A stretch of 64,000 nucleotides of DNA from the human T2T-CHM13v2.0 reference genome, Homo sapiens: NCBI RefSeq assembly GCF_009914755.1, contig NC_060926.1; one strand, given 5' to 3'. Numbering within the stretch: position 1 is the stretch's first letter; each line of letters starts with the position of its first letter. Positions 49,786 to 64,000 of the stretch are shown in pieces. Position numbers and translations under genes: made by a program. A model generated the notes under the pieces. The model had not been told where the DNA came from, did not search any database, and was given only the letters and a program-made list of their open reading frames with translations.

Positions 49786-50936
49786 CTGAAACAAAGAAAA
49801 TTTCACATGGGACTTTTTGTATTAGCAACTGTTTGTCAGTAACTCCCAGTACAAACTTTACTCTCTGATGACAATGGACCAGTTCTGGTGGGTGCCAGGG
49901 AGACTGGCAGTGGTATTCAGCGTACTGAGAGGTGTGCCTCTACCCTTTCCTGACCCTGCCTCCCCCTTCCTGGCTCATGGCCATGGGCCTCAGCATCAGC
50001 CAGATCCATGCCCCCAGGGCTGTGTGACAGACGACAGGAAGCCAAGAGATGAGCAAGGAGCACCTTCAGGGAGACCCGGGCCACACTGGGCCATGTCCCA
50101 GGCCATGGGAAGTGTATCTGCCTGCTCCCAGCCACCAGGGTATATTGAGGGAAGGTTTGAATATACTGACTTAACTTTGGAAGTACACACTGCTAATGTT
50201 AATAAAAAGTGCTCCAACTAGGACAAGCGTTCACTGGGACTGTCCCGTGACATGTGGCACTTTTGGCTTCCTTTTCATAATTAGTAAAATAAAGTATTTC
50301 TTGAAAAAACAAAAGAAAAGCACAAAAACCCAAAAACCCCACAAAACACTGGCTTTCAGGTTCTATCACCGAGGCACAGCTTAACCTGCTTCAGACTAGT
50401 ATGCACAAATGTTTAGGTACTATTAAAATTCTTTCATTCTGTTGCAGCTTGAGAATATATTTAAAAAAAAAAAAAAAAGAAAAAAAAGAAAGGAAAAGGA
50501 AAAAAAATTCTATCTTGTAAGATTTTTTTCCTCAGGAAATGATAGGATTTGGTCACATCTCCCATAATGCACTCTCAGAAGATGACTGCAAACTCTCCGC
50601 TGTCTCATATTTTGTAATAGAATATGAATCTAGCTGAGATGAAGTTAGGAGAGCCAGCCAAAGGAACAATCTTGGCTTCTTTTCTTAGAAAGTGCAGCTT
50701 CAACCCACCTGAGGCACCTGGGCAGAGTGTCAGCTACTACATCATTCCCATGCTAACTGCATGTCCTTGACCAGAGGGACCTAATAATGGTGTGCTGAGT
50801 GCCCAAGAAAGTCAGCCAAGGTCACAGCACACTGGCTAGTAGTACAATGTGTTTATGCAGGGTGATCTATTGATGATACATAAGGTAATTTCTGAGGGTT
50901 TTGTTGAGACAAACAACTATCAAGATCAAATGGCAG

Positions 50937-51190
50937 GCCAGGCATGGTGGCTCATGAGAGGCCAAGGCAGGTGGATCACTTGAGGCCAGGAGTTCGAGAC
51001 CAGCCTAGCCAACATGGCAAAAGCCCATCTCTCTAAAAACACAAAAGCATGGTGGCGCACACCTGTAGTTCCAGCTACTGGGGAGACTGAGGCACAAGAA
51101 TCACTTGAACCTGGGAGGCGGGGGTTGCTTGCAGTAAGCCAAGATCACACCACTGCACTCCAGCCTGGGCGACAGAAAAAAACCCAAAAA
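50937..51190 (+). mobile_element. Alu (deleted) in WDR33 last intron
   Basis: Alu sequence. Confidence 0.85.
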
Positions 51191-51909
51191 GACCAAATGG
51201 CAGAACTCTGTACTGGAAGGACCGTCCATACAGACAGGCCAACTTCAGGAGCAGAGCACAAGCTGGGGCATGCGGGGAGCAGCCTTCCCAGAAGCTTCCG
51301 AGCCACACCACCTATGCACCTCCCCCGCTGCCTTGCAACCAGAGTTGTATAGTCAGCCTTCAGAGGCAACTACTCCTGGCTAAAGTTAGTGCTGCCTATA
51401 ACATAAAGCTCCACAGTTCCCAGTTGAGGAGATAATCTACTGTGCCCCTGGAAACACTGCCCATAGACCATGTTTCCCAAAGTCTCTGTGACTTTGAGCA
51501 CAAGCAGTGTTCCTCTAGACCCAGGCTAAAAAAACCAACAGACCACCCAGGAGAGGACAACTCTTCCCCTCCCACTGAGAGCCCTTGAGGGTTCCAAGCA
51601 GCCTTGTGGAGGGCAGACTGCCAAGGAGAGCAGGGCTCCCAGACAGCAAGCCGAGCAGAGAGTGCTGGGGCATCTTGGCAGAGGGCTGAAGTGAAAACCT
51701 CAAGTGAACAGGGATTCCCGGAGGCAAGTGGAGTCCTGTGCAGGGCTGAGTTGCAGTCCACCAGATGACAGCTCGTGTGGCACTGGCACCACATTTAGGA
51801 GCATGTGCCTCTGCACAGCCCAGGCTGCAAGGGCATGTGCAGCAGATACAGGCAAGGCCTCCATCGGCCCCTGCATCTCCTGGAACCATAACCACTGGCC
51901 TGCTCTTAC

Positions 51910-52125
51910 CTTTGCCTCCTCGGTCTTCAGAAGGGCCTCCTGGGGCCTCCATCTCTCTGTGCTCAGAAGTGCCTGGGCCATCATGCCAGGGGCGCTTTCG
52001 GGGAGGTAGGGATGCCATGTCCATGCCTTGGAGAGAAGAGGAGCGTTCTCTGCTGGCTGGGGAATGACCGTCGTGAGGGGGATGATCAGGGCGGGGAGTA
52101 TCACGAAAATGTTCATGACCTGGCC
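51910..52125 (-). CDS. WDR33: WDR33 penultimate coding exon (PGHEHFRDTPRPDHPP…EDRGGK-G)
   Basis: Acceptor TTGTTTCAG|GG and donor AAG|GTAAGA; 216 nt, phase 1/1. Confidence 0.94.
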
Positions 52126-52722
52126 CTGAAACAAGAAACAAATCTCCTTACAGGAAAGCACAGTGTGACCAGAAGTAGATGGGAATGACACTGTGAGAGT
52201 AAGGAGCAACTCGAGAGCCACCGTTCACTCATGCTGAATGCCCGCCAGAGGCCAAAGGGTAAGCCACCCAGACATCAGGGTGCCTCCTCATGTAAGAGGG
52301 GCAGGTAAGATCCAGAGAACTCGTTCTCAGGCATTGTAGTATCAAGACGTCTTTACAGTCTCAAATTACTGAGGACTCCTAAGAGATTTTGTTAATGAGA
52401 GTTGTAACTGCGAATATTTACCATATTAGCAATTGAGACTGGGGAAATTTTAATTCACTTAACTTTATTCTCCAAAAGCAATTTAGTGGAAAGAGCAGTC
52501 CCGTTTTATACTCAGATAGATCCCTGTAATGTCTGGCGGATTCCTCTGCTCTGCATTCCACCTGCTGAGATCAAGTGCTGCGGCTGCAGGACAGGAGACA
52601 GCCCAGCCCCCCGGGAGACATGAGCTGGAAAGAGGAGACCCGGTGCACCCCAGAGAGGGCCCTCAGAACTCACTTTGTGAACTGCAGTCTAGAGTTACCC
52701 AACAAGCGGTTCTTTTCCTTAC

Positions 52723-52815
52723 CAGGCTCTCTGTTTCCATCCCAGGAATCTGGCTTCCGCCCTCCTTCAAAGCGAGGGAACTCGTCAGGAGTGGGAAGTA
52801 AACCCTTCCTTCCTC
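52723..52815 (-). CDS. WDR33: WDR33 coding exon (GRKGLLPTPDEFPRFEGGRKPDSWDGNREP-G)
   Basis: Acceptor GTTGTGTAG|GA and donor CTG|GTAAGG; 93 nt, phase 1/1. Confidence 0.92.
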
Positions 52816-52925
52816 CTACACAACAGAGCAAACAATGCTGCACTCAGACTGTTCCTGGTGTATTCACAACCAGTGTATTCTGCACCCTATCCTTCCAGAC
52901 CAGGTGTCTTTAGTAACTCGCTCAC

Positions 52926-53089
52926 CTCGTGGGGTACCCCGACCTCGACCTCTGAGATCTCGTCCTCGGGCCGCTTCCTCAGAAGCATCAAAATTCTCCT
53001 CTGGACCAAAGTCTTCAGGACCAGGAAAACCATCCCTTCCTCTGGGGGGAGCACGGCCCTCATGCCTCGGCGGGGCTCCTCTTCTGAAA
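52926..53089 (-). CDS. WDR33: WDR33 coding exon (FRRGAPPRHEGR…GRGRGTPR-G)
   Basis: Acceptor CTTTACAG|T and donor GAG|GTGAGC; 164 nt, phase 2/1. Confidence 0.94.
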
Positions 53090-54329
53090 CTGTAAAGAGA
53101 AAACAGCAGAATGTCCATCTCAGAGAACACCTTGCCACTCTAAGTTCATGTTTCAAAGAAGCATATGATATGAGAAAGCATGATACAATGTTAATTGGGA
53201 GGAAAACAAAATAAAACTATATATTTTTGAAAGGATACATTATATAATCCTATTAATACTATCAGAGGCAAAAACAGACCAGAAGGAAACACACCAGAGT
53301 GTGGAGTTACTTTAAGCTTCTTTTAGGCTTTTAGGTATATACAAGTATTACTTCATTTCATTCATTTCATTTTCACAGCCACCATATGAAGCTGGTATTA
53401 TCAGCAGTTCCACTGATGAGAACACTGAGGCCCAGATTGCTGACATCATTTATTCAAGGACACAGAGTAAGTGCTGGTGATCTGAACTCAGCCAGTCTTG
53501 ACCCTCGGCCCAGGTTCTGTATCACTGCCTCACAAATACTTATCATTATCATCTACATTTGTATGATGAACATTTATGACATATAATCAGAAAAATGGGG
53601 GCACAGATCGTGTCTGCCAACCATACTGGACCTGTCTGTAGGTAGGGGCTCTGCCATCTGCCCCAGCCCACAGCCTCCACCCAGGGGCAGGCCTCCATGA
53701 CCACGAGTGGCACTCATGGCCCGAGTCCACAGCTGATGGGCACACAGGTCAGCATCTGGTTTACAGGCAGCGATCCACTGGCTAGCTGGCAGTCTGGAGC
53801 CCTGCTTAGTGAACAGCTTCCCCTTCTCTCAGGAATTTTGGAGCCAGGAGACTACACTGACTGGGAGTATTGCTGAGGCAGAGAGGGTACCAGGAGGTCT
53901 GTGCGAAAGAAGAGAAAGTGACCTTCTGGCAGCGCTCACTGAGAGGCGGTGGCGCCACCCTGCAGGGCCCCTCTGCATGAGCTGCATGGCCTCCTCCCAG
54001 GCCAGGCCTCTGCTCTTCCTCAGGTTTCCATTCCATTGCCTTTATCCTAATCTTCTACTTGGAAGATTTTCAAACTTACAGTAAAGCTGAAAGAACAGTA
54101 CAATGAACATCCCAGATCCTCCACCCAGATCAATCCCTTCTTAATATTTTGCCACACGTGCTTTATCTTCTCCGTCCAGCTACTCACAAACATGTTTTCT
54201 AAACCATTTGAAAATCAGTTGCCAACACGAGCTTTACCCCTAAATCCTTCAGTCCATTTCTTCTAAGAACAAGAACTTTCTCCTATATAATCACAATACC
54301 TTTACACTCTCACACACCAGCCTAGGCTA

Positions 54330-56289
<1,960 letters not shown>

Positions 56290-56815
56290 TAATTCCTGTT
56301 TCTTTCTCCACATTTCTTCTGTTCCTTAAACTCCCCAAGAATGCTGAGATGAGTGTTCAAGCCTGATCTAAGTTTAACAGGAAGACTGTTTTTCAGTTTA
56401 AGTTTGTTAAGATTATTGGGCAATTACACAAAAATTGTATCTATTTCACAACCCCTTTATTTCCAATCTAGGTAGCTGCCTCATATTTCCTTATTCTAAT
56501 CAAGAAGAACCTGGAAATTTTAAGTCAGATCCCAGCAAGTCTTGTAGTACACTGATCCTCCCATCTCTTTAGAAAGGACCAAAATATAAAAAAATAAACA
56601 AAACGAAAAAGATTTCTAGACAGCAAAGATTAAAACAAGACTAAGGTTAAAAAGCACACTTTTTTTAAACGTCCAAATGCAAACTCTACAGAGTGCAGGG
56701 CTGGTAATTGATATAATTCTCTTTCCTCAAGAAAAAGAAGAAAGAGACCTTTGTGGAGACAGCAGATAAAAAGCTCCACTGAAGATGGAATGGGCCCACA
56801 AAGTATCTGTCCCAC

Positions 56816-57254
56816 CTTTCTTCTCTGCGCCCTCGAAAACGTGGGTCCTCGGGATCCCGGGGGAAACGTTCATCTCCGGGCCTGCGGCCTTCCCATGCCC
56901 CCGGAGGGCCTCGGGCTGCACCCCGGCCATCCCCCTCGCTGAATTCCCTGTGATCAGGGGGAAACGGAGGCCCAGGGCCCCCTCGCCTCCACTTCTCTTC
57001 TTGCGGTAAAGGTCCTCCTCGCCCCTCAAATTCACGTAACCGGTGGCCAAAGCGCTTGTCAGGGTGGAAGTCATCTGGTCTGCTGAAGTCATCGGGGAAG
57101 TCTGGGTGAGGGCCACGCCTATCAGGGGGACCCCTGCAGTCCTGGCCACCCCGGAAAGGCCCCCTCTCGGGCCCATGCTCAGGCCCGCCGCTCTGCTCAT
57201 GCCGCCTCTCTGACATCGGGCCCATGTGATGGTTTGGAGGGCCGCGGGAGTCAC
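56816..57254 (-). CDS. WDR33: WDR33 coding exon (DSRGPPNHHMGPMSERR…FRGRREE-S)
   Basis: Acceptor CCTTTAG|GT and donor AAG|GTGGGA; 439 nt, phase 1/2. Confidence 0.94.
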
Positions 57255-58306
57255 CTAAAGGAAACAAAGCTGACTTTTACCATGTCTTCCAGGAAACCTG
57301 CCAACATAGGTCTGATCTGTAGCATCTCTACATTTCAGAATACATTCTTTATTGAGAATGTTTTCCCTCCTTGGTTCTCAGCTTAGTTAGGAGACAAATG
57401 TCCCTGAAGCATTGGGTAATAGAACAGGAGCTTTGGGGTGCAGATTTCAACTTCATCACCCACTAGCTAGGGCAAATTACTCATCTCAAATGAGATCAGC
57501 AGCATCTGTCCATCTCTTAGTATACACTGGAAAAATGAGAGAGCCTCCTGGGCTTCAGAAGGAGCTTCCTTTGTCTGCCCCTATTCTTTCAGGCATTTCA
57601 TTAGGGCCACCTGCTCCACATCCAAGGAGGACACAACAGAGGAAATTAATGCTGCAGGCCAGGAAGCGTGCCAAGAATTCACCTCTGTACCCATCAACAG
57701 GGTGCCACTGCCACCCATGACATCCCTCCTCTAACCCCAGCTTGTTGCACTTGATTCCTCTGTAAGGTACATGCAATCACCAGCCTCTCAAATACCTGCC
57801 TGATGACCAAACAGCCCTGCTGGGCTTCAGTGTCGGGGTTTTCTGCACCTCTCTATGGATGTTGTTCCTCATCTACAATATTCTCACCATTCTTTGAAGA
57901 CAGTGTTTGGAATCCCACTAAAGTTTTCTAAAATATGTGAAAATATGTACTGTAATGAAAGTACTGAATAAAAATGGAAAGATGCCAGTTAAATGTGTGA
58001 TGGTTAACTTAGTTCACCTCCTAACTTGGAAGGGACTGTTTTTCCAGCTACTGAACTACTGCAGCTTTTATAAATGTTTACCTATTTTTGGTTAACATAC
58101 AATTTAAATCAAACACTTTTTAAAAGTAGGTAGCGAAAGGATACTCTTGATTCTAAAAACAAAAACTGTGTTTTTAAAGTGAAATTCCTCCAATAGCCCA
58201 GTTCATGCCTTTTACTGCTTTTCCCTGGCTATAAAGACAAACCCCTCCTGTACCCCAGCCAACCATAATTCTCACCTCCCCCGCAACAGCATCCCTCTTC
58301 TTTCTT

Positions 58307-58616
58307 TTCTTTCTTTGTTTCTTTTTTTTTTTTTTTTTTTTTTGAGACAGAGGCTTACTCTGTCACCAGGCTGGAATGAAGTGGCGTGATCTCAGCTCAC
58401 TGAAACCTCCACCTTAGGGATTCAAGCGATTCTCCTGCTTCAGCCTCCTGAGTAGCTGGGATTACAGGTACCACGCCCGGCTAATTTTTGTATTTTCAGT
58501 AGAGACGGGGTTTCACCATGTTGGCCAGGCTAGTCTTGAACTCCTGACCTCAAGTGATACACCCAGTCAGCCTCCCAAAGTGCTGGGATTACAGGCATGC
58601 GCCACTGCACCTGGCC
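58307..58616 (-). mobile_element. AluS
   Basis: Poly-T plus Alu reverse complement. Confidence 0.9.
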
Positions 58617-60387
58617 CCTCCCTTTTCATTTTAGTTCATTTCTTTTGGCTATTTCAATTCCTCTTTACCATGCAATATATATAAAATGCTTGGAAATCTC
58701 AGGATAAAAATGTGCCATAAAGGAGTCTCTCTCTTCCAGCTCTTTTCCGTCTGTCTCATTTACTCGTCCTCTCCTCTCTACTCAGCAGTTTGCAAAGATC
58801 CTAGCTCCATTTCCTTCTGGTAGACAGGCTCCCTCACTTCTCAGTGTGTTCCTGCAGCTAATGGCTTCTTCACTGACATGATGTTGCTTGAACTTAGTGT
58901 AATCTCAGACACAGCAGACCTTTGGTGTAAGGAAGCTAAACATTTTCCGTTTGGACTTACCTATGAATATTAATCCTCCCATTACCTCTATCTGTTTAAA
59001 AGTACCCTGCTCTTCAAGGAAAGAAACCCACCACTACAAATTAGAAGGGATGTGGCCACCAGTGATGGGGCGGCGGCGGCGGTTATTCCAGTAGGGGATG
59101 GCAGGGCCACTTTCTCGGCTCTCCCTTCTCCCTTTGGTCCCTGGGAGGAGAAAGGAGGAAGAGAAAGAAAGGGGGCGGGGGATAAAGAGAAAAGGGAAAG
59201 AGCAAGGATGAGAGGGAAGGAGGTGGAGACAGACACAGGGCAGGGAGAGGAAGAGAGGCAGCTCTCAGTTTGCTGATGGCGATAACTCAGGGGGTAAAAG
59301 ACTCTCCTTTTGTTTCTCTAGTTCGCTGTGGGCCACGTTCCTTCTGTATAGCCTCTGCTACCACTTCCACACAATGGGACAGAAATAAACACTCTCTAGT
59401 TCCCTTATCTCTTTCTTACCTCTAATATCACACATAAATTCAAGACTGAGCATAAATTCACAAAGTCCTAGGGCTGTAATGCTGACAAGGACTTTTCTTA
59501 ATTGGATAAAACGGGGGCAAAAATCTTAACATGCACCACACAGTGCTATGGGCTTAGCCAATTAAAACTAAGAGAGTAAAGTTCTGTGAAGGGCAATCTC
59601 TGCGGTCCTCCTGATTCTCCGAGTTGTGGTTTCTCCCCGTTATGAAAGTGTGTGTCGAACATAACACAGTGTTTCCTCTCACTCCCCTCCATCCACTCCG
59701 AGTCACCCCCTGCAACTCTCCCCAACAGCGTGCTGCTCACCACGCTCCTGCTCCAACTCTGCAAGACAGGGGGGTCCCACCCATCTCAGGGGCCATGGTG
59801 CCCTGCGTGCTCTCCTTCAACCCTTAGGATTAACTCTAAACTTCCAAATAGCCCCACATCTAAATACTAATCATTCTCATCTCTTTCCTTTTCATATCAA
59901 CAACCTGAGGAGCCACATATGGCTAGAGTGCTTTCTTCTTTTCAAATGGTGCACAACTACATAACCAGCTGAAGAGTTCAATGTGTGACAGGGTTTGGGA
60001 AGACAAGGATGTGATGACAAAAACACTGTCACACAATTCAAGCACAAACAGTCCATCTCTTCAGGGTGCTACAAACACACACTTGCACTCAGTGAGCACA
60101 GGAACCACCTGCATTGCCAACAGATGGGCAAGGCCAGCCTGCCACACAGGCACGACTGCTGGAGCCTGTGCGGGTGCCTTCATTGTCAGCCTCTGGGGTG
60201 AGGGGCTTACTAAACAGATCCAAGAACACAACCAAAGACAAAGCTCCTACCTGAATGACCACACCCTTATTTTGCCCAGAGGTTCAAATGACCAGTCTAT
60301 CAATGACTGGCCAACAAAATTATTCACTGTAAAATGTGCACAAAGGTGGTAGAATATAATCTTTTATTCAGCTGAGCAGATATTTAC

Positions 60388-60496
60388 CTTTGTTGGGGCC
60401 AGGTCCTTGTCCGGGGTTCAGAGGGGGAATGCGACCTTGTGCTCCCTGCTGCCCTAGGCCTGGTATCAGGGGTGGGGGGCCTGTGCTCTGTCCTTC
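60388..60496 (-). CDS. WDR33: WDR33 coding exon (EGQSTGPPPLIPGLGQQGAQGRIPPLNPGQGPGPNK-G)
   Basis: Acceptor TTTTCAG|GAA and donor AAG|GTAAAT; 109 nt, phase 0/1; missing from the ORF track but in frame with its neighbours. Confidence 0.93.
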
Positions 60497-62497
60497 CTGA
60501 AAATATGTTTTTAAAGTAAGGGTATGAAATCACAGGCTTGAGCTACATAAATAGTGATTGCATTATAACATGACAAGATAAAAATACCCAGTAAATATTT
60601 ACCTAGTAAGATTACAGTAACATTGTCCTTAAATCAGGAGAAAGGAGATACTTCTTTTACTATAATAATTTTTTTAAAGCACCTGTATTTTAAACCTGTT
60701 GACAACTTTTATGTAAAATTAGATCTTTACTCGTAATGCCAAAAAAGAACATCAATGGAAAGTCAGAAATTCTAACACAGCAGCACTAAATTAAACCAAT
60801 TAAAACAACTGGTTTAAGTAACTGGTCTGGTTAAAGTGAAGCAACTTAGATTTCAGCATATGAGAAATAAGAGCACAGATTTTCATCAGGCAACTTCTGA
60901 GATCTGAAATGCCCTACAAAGTATCAGATCTTCAGACTCATTCTACCAGTATTTCTATAGGTCAATTAAAATTTCAGAATCATGCTTCCCATGTATAAAA
61001 TCTTTTACTACATGGTACAATAAAAAATCTCATTGAATTATCCCAGAAACTCAGGCATGTCCTTGTGACTCTGACATGTTTATAAATATTTCAGTTATAA
61101 CACAGTAGCTAAAGTCCATTATTTTTTTAATCCTCCAAAATGAAAACTGTTAATTTACTACCAGAAAGTTAGGAAAATAACTTACAATAAATAATATTAT
61201 ACACACATACAACTGAGCAGTAAATTAATAAAATATATAATACTTCAAGTTTTAGGGCAATTTAGAATGGCAATCCTATACTTAATTCATCCTAACTTCT
61301 GAGAAGTGCTGAATAAAAATCTGGAAATAACTCAGACATCATCAGATTCTCCATGACTACGACACTTTTAGGTTCTGGAAGACCTACTTTAGAATAGTAG
61401 ATAATTTATTTGTTTTAGCTTAGTAGTTGAGTTCAGGAAACCCAATGGTCATCTTTACATTAGGGATTCGTGGTGGTATTTGAAAAACCAAAACAGACTG
61501 TGCTTTCTACATCTGTAGCATCCCCTTTCTCCAAGTGTCTCAGGGAGTCAACATTAGCTGACTCGCTCACTTTTGGTCCACACTGGACCAAAAGTGAGTT
61601 TTCAGGGACAAAACTCAGTTATTCATACCCAAATAATGCCTCCAGACTAAGAACTTGAGAAAAGCATAAAATGCACATAGCTGAGCAGTATTACATCTAT
61701 TTATGCTCATGCAATTCTTTTCGTAATTCACTCCCCCAAGCAACCTGAACTTTCCTCACACCATCTCTCAAGCACGAGCTCAGCGCATGAGCAATAAAAA
61801 TTGGCTAACAAAAACAGAATCCTCAAAGAAGGAGAATTTCTACAGAAATGCTCCCCCCTGCAAATACTTTTATATGTGAGCTGAAAACAACTTGAGCAGA
61901 GTTTCATCCAAAGGGTCACCATTTCCAGAATGCTCAATTCTGGAATAACAGTCTCTTTATTTCTATTCACTGTAATAAACAGAGTGAGGTACAGAGTCTA
62001 TAGTATACTCATGAGTTAAATATCCCATCCTATCTTTTAAAAGTAGAGTTGGCAGACAGGAAGTGATTCTGTGGCTGGCAGGCCCATGGAACACCAGGCT
62101 GCAATGTAAAGGGCCCAGAAAGGAGGCATGACAGCCTCAGAGCCGACCACCATGTAAAACATGCTTCCTCCTCAGGGCCACAGCTCTCCTGGAGCCCTGG
62201 GACAATTATCAGCTGTACTCAAATGAGAGTTGACCTTTTCTGAAGAAACTCTATTACCAAAAAAAGAAAAATGGTGAGAAGTAAAAATGAATACTGAGAT
62301 GTACTTAATGGGAGTATAACCTAACTCATCATTCTTATGATTTCATTCTTCAGCCAGGATGCTAGTATCTTAAGCTACTGTCACTACTTGATAAGTATTT
62401 ATATCCAGCTGTGACCATTTTCCACAATACTCAGCAGTATTACTTCTGTGCAGAGTGTATTTTCCCAATGTGCCCGTGAGTTGGAAATGAATAATAC

Positions 62498-63586
62498 CTG
62501 GTTGAAGGGGGCCCGGGGCCCATCACCTAGCAGAGGCGTTTTCTGTTGCTGGAATGGTATTGGCCCTTGAGATGGATGTGGCCCTCTTGCTGGGTTCTGC
62601 TGTCCCTGAGGTCCGGGGGGTCCTTGCATGCCACCCTGGGGTGGAGGTCCTAAAGAGCCCTGGGGCGGCCCCTGCTGACTTTGTGAGCCTGGAGGCCCTC
62701 GCAATTCCTGGGGAGGTCCCAGCATTGATCCTTGGGGTGGAGGCCCCTGCATGCCTCGGATCTCCTGAGGACCTCTCATTTCCTGAGGGCCGTGTCCCAG
62801 TAGTCCACCTGGAGGGTGAGGTCCTCTCATCTCTTGAGGCGGGTGGCCCATAATCATCCCTTGGGGAGCAGGACCCTGGTTCTCCCGGGGGCCTGGAGGC
62901 CCCTGCATTCCTCTTGGATTCAATCCCATCAGAGGTCCCTGAGACACAGGACCTTGGATCCCTTGAGACCCTGGTCCGCCTTGGATCCCATGAGGATGAG
63001 GAGGCCCTTGCATTCCTCTGGGACCAGGTGGTCCCTGCATACCTTGAGTACCCGGAGGCCCCTGTGGGCCCAAGTGACCCTGAGGGCCAGGCGGGCCTTG
63101 GGGGCCTATGTGACCCTGTGGGCCAGGTGGACCCTGAGGACCCATATGACCTTGAGGACCAGAACTACCTTGTGGTCCAGGTGGCCCTTGAGGTCCCAAA
63201 GGGCCATGAGGTCCAGGATGCCTCTGCATTCCTTGGGGCCCATGCATGTCCTGAGGCCGTGGCAACCCCTGGGGCGGGCCCTGGGGCCCCTGTGGTCCCA
63301 TGAATCCTTGTGGCCCCCCACCTCCCTGATGCAGTGGAGGACCTTGTGGTCCCATTTGTCCCTGGGGTCCAGGAGGCCTAAACTGTCCCTGTGGACCTGG
63401 AGGCCCCATTTGAGCCATGTTCATTGGCATCTGCTGAGATGGATGGGGCTGTTGAAAACCTTGAGGAATCTGAGACATTGGACCTTGTCCTGGAAAAGGC
63501 TGGGGTCCGAGGAGAGGGGTGCCAGATGAGGGAGGAGGCTGAATTTGCTCAACTTGTTTCTGTGCAAGTCTTTCAATTTTAAGTTG
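62498..63586 (-). CDS. WDR33: WDR33 large coding exon with collagen-like Gly-Pro-X repeats ([11 protein letters not shown]…GPRAPFNQ)
   Basis: 1089 nt, phase 0/0; acceptor TTTCTTTCCAG|CAA and donor CAG|GTATTA; [10 protein letters not shown] repeats typical of WDR33. Confidence 0.95.
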
Positions 63587-63807
63587 CTGGAAAGAAAGAA
63601 AGAAAAAAGCATGTTGAATAAACAGGCCAGAGCCCTTGAAGATGACAATATTGCTATCATGTATTCTGTTAGGGGACTCTCAAACATAAAAACTGCTCAA
63701 ACTCTTCACGCTCCAGTGGTAATTAGAGTCCATGCAACACTCAAGCACTGTAAGGAGTTTTAGGTTCTTTCTCATTCTTTTTAAGTCCTGGGACACAGTA
63801 GTAAGGA

Positions 63808-64000
63808 TTTTTTTTTCCTTATTTTTTTTTTCTGTCCCCCAAGCTGGAATGCAGTGGTACGATCGTGGTTCACTACAGCCTCACCCTCCTGGGCTCAAGT
63901 GATCCTCCCACCTCGGCCTCCGGAGTAGCTGGGACTACAGGCACATGCCACCACACCCAGCTAATTATTATTTGTAGAGACAGGGTCTTGCTATATTGCC
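63808..64000 (-). mobile_element. AluJ, truncated by the window edge
   Basis: Alu reverse complement. Confidence 0.85.

Noticed and set aside
50463-50507. Isolated A-rich run suggesting a processed-pseudogene tail
   Set aside because: No recognisable retrocopy body or clear TSD upstream.
59420-59475. Strong minus-strand donor GAG|GTAAGA at 59420/59419
   Set aside because: No convincing upstream acceptor or polypyrimidine tract, so not called as an exon; worth viewing alongside the 58961-59140 candidate.
62399-63478. Gly-X-Y-rich ORF read as a collagen gene
   Set aside because: It is the collagen-like exon of WDR33, bounded by splice sites and in frame with the downstream WDR33 exons.
62554-63529. 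Plus-strand ORFs (237, 129 and 99 aa) opposite the WDR33 repeat exon
   Set aside because: Antisense shadows of repetitive Gly/Pro/Gln codons, with no promoter or domain evidence.

Overview
Human genomic DNA, recognisable as the LIMS2-SFT2D3-WDR33 locus (chr2q14.3 from established knowledge). It contains the 5' part of LIMS2 (PINCH-2) on the minus strand: the LIM1 exon at 657-816, two coding first exons in CpG islands (7560-7642 and 18255-18265) and an in-frame cassette exon (16919-16984). SFT2D3 is intronless on the plus strand (44762-45409). The last seven coding exons of WDR33, the AAUAAA-reading CPSF subunit, lie on the minus strand (49556-63586), and their 3' UTR overlaps SFT2D3 in antisense. 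The rest is rich in repeats: Alus, L1, L2, MIR, LTR12, LTR10, THE1, a full-length MST MaLR and hAT-Charlie elements. Almost all listed ORFs are noise. The best new leads are a candidate PTC-containing 'poison' exon in WDR33 behind a ~120-nt AG-free polypyrimidine tract (58961-59140), an intronic stop/AATAAA overlap just after a WDR33 donor in the same intron, an open 231-nt extension of the LIMS2 cassette exon, and a bidirectional poly(A) hairpin in the SFT2D3/WDR33 overlap. Repeat subfamily names were assigned by eye and their boundaries are approximate.
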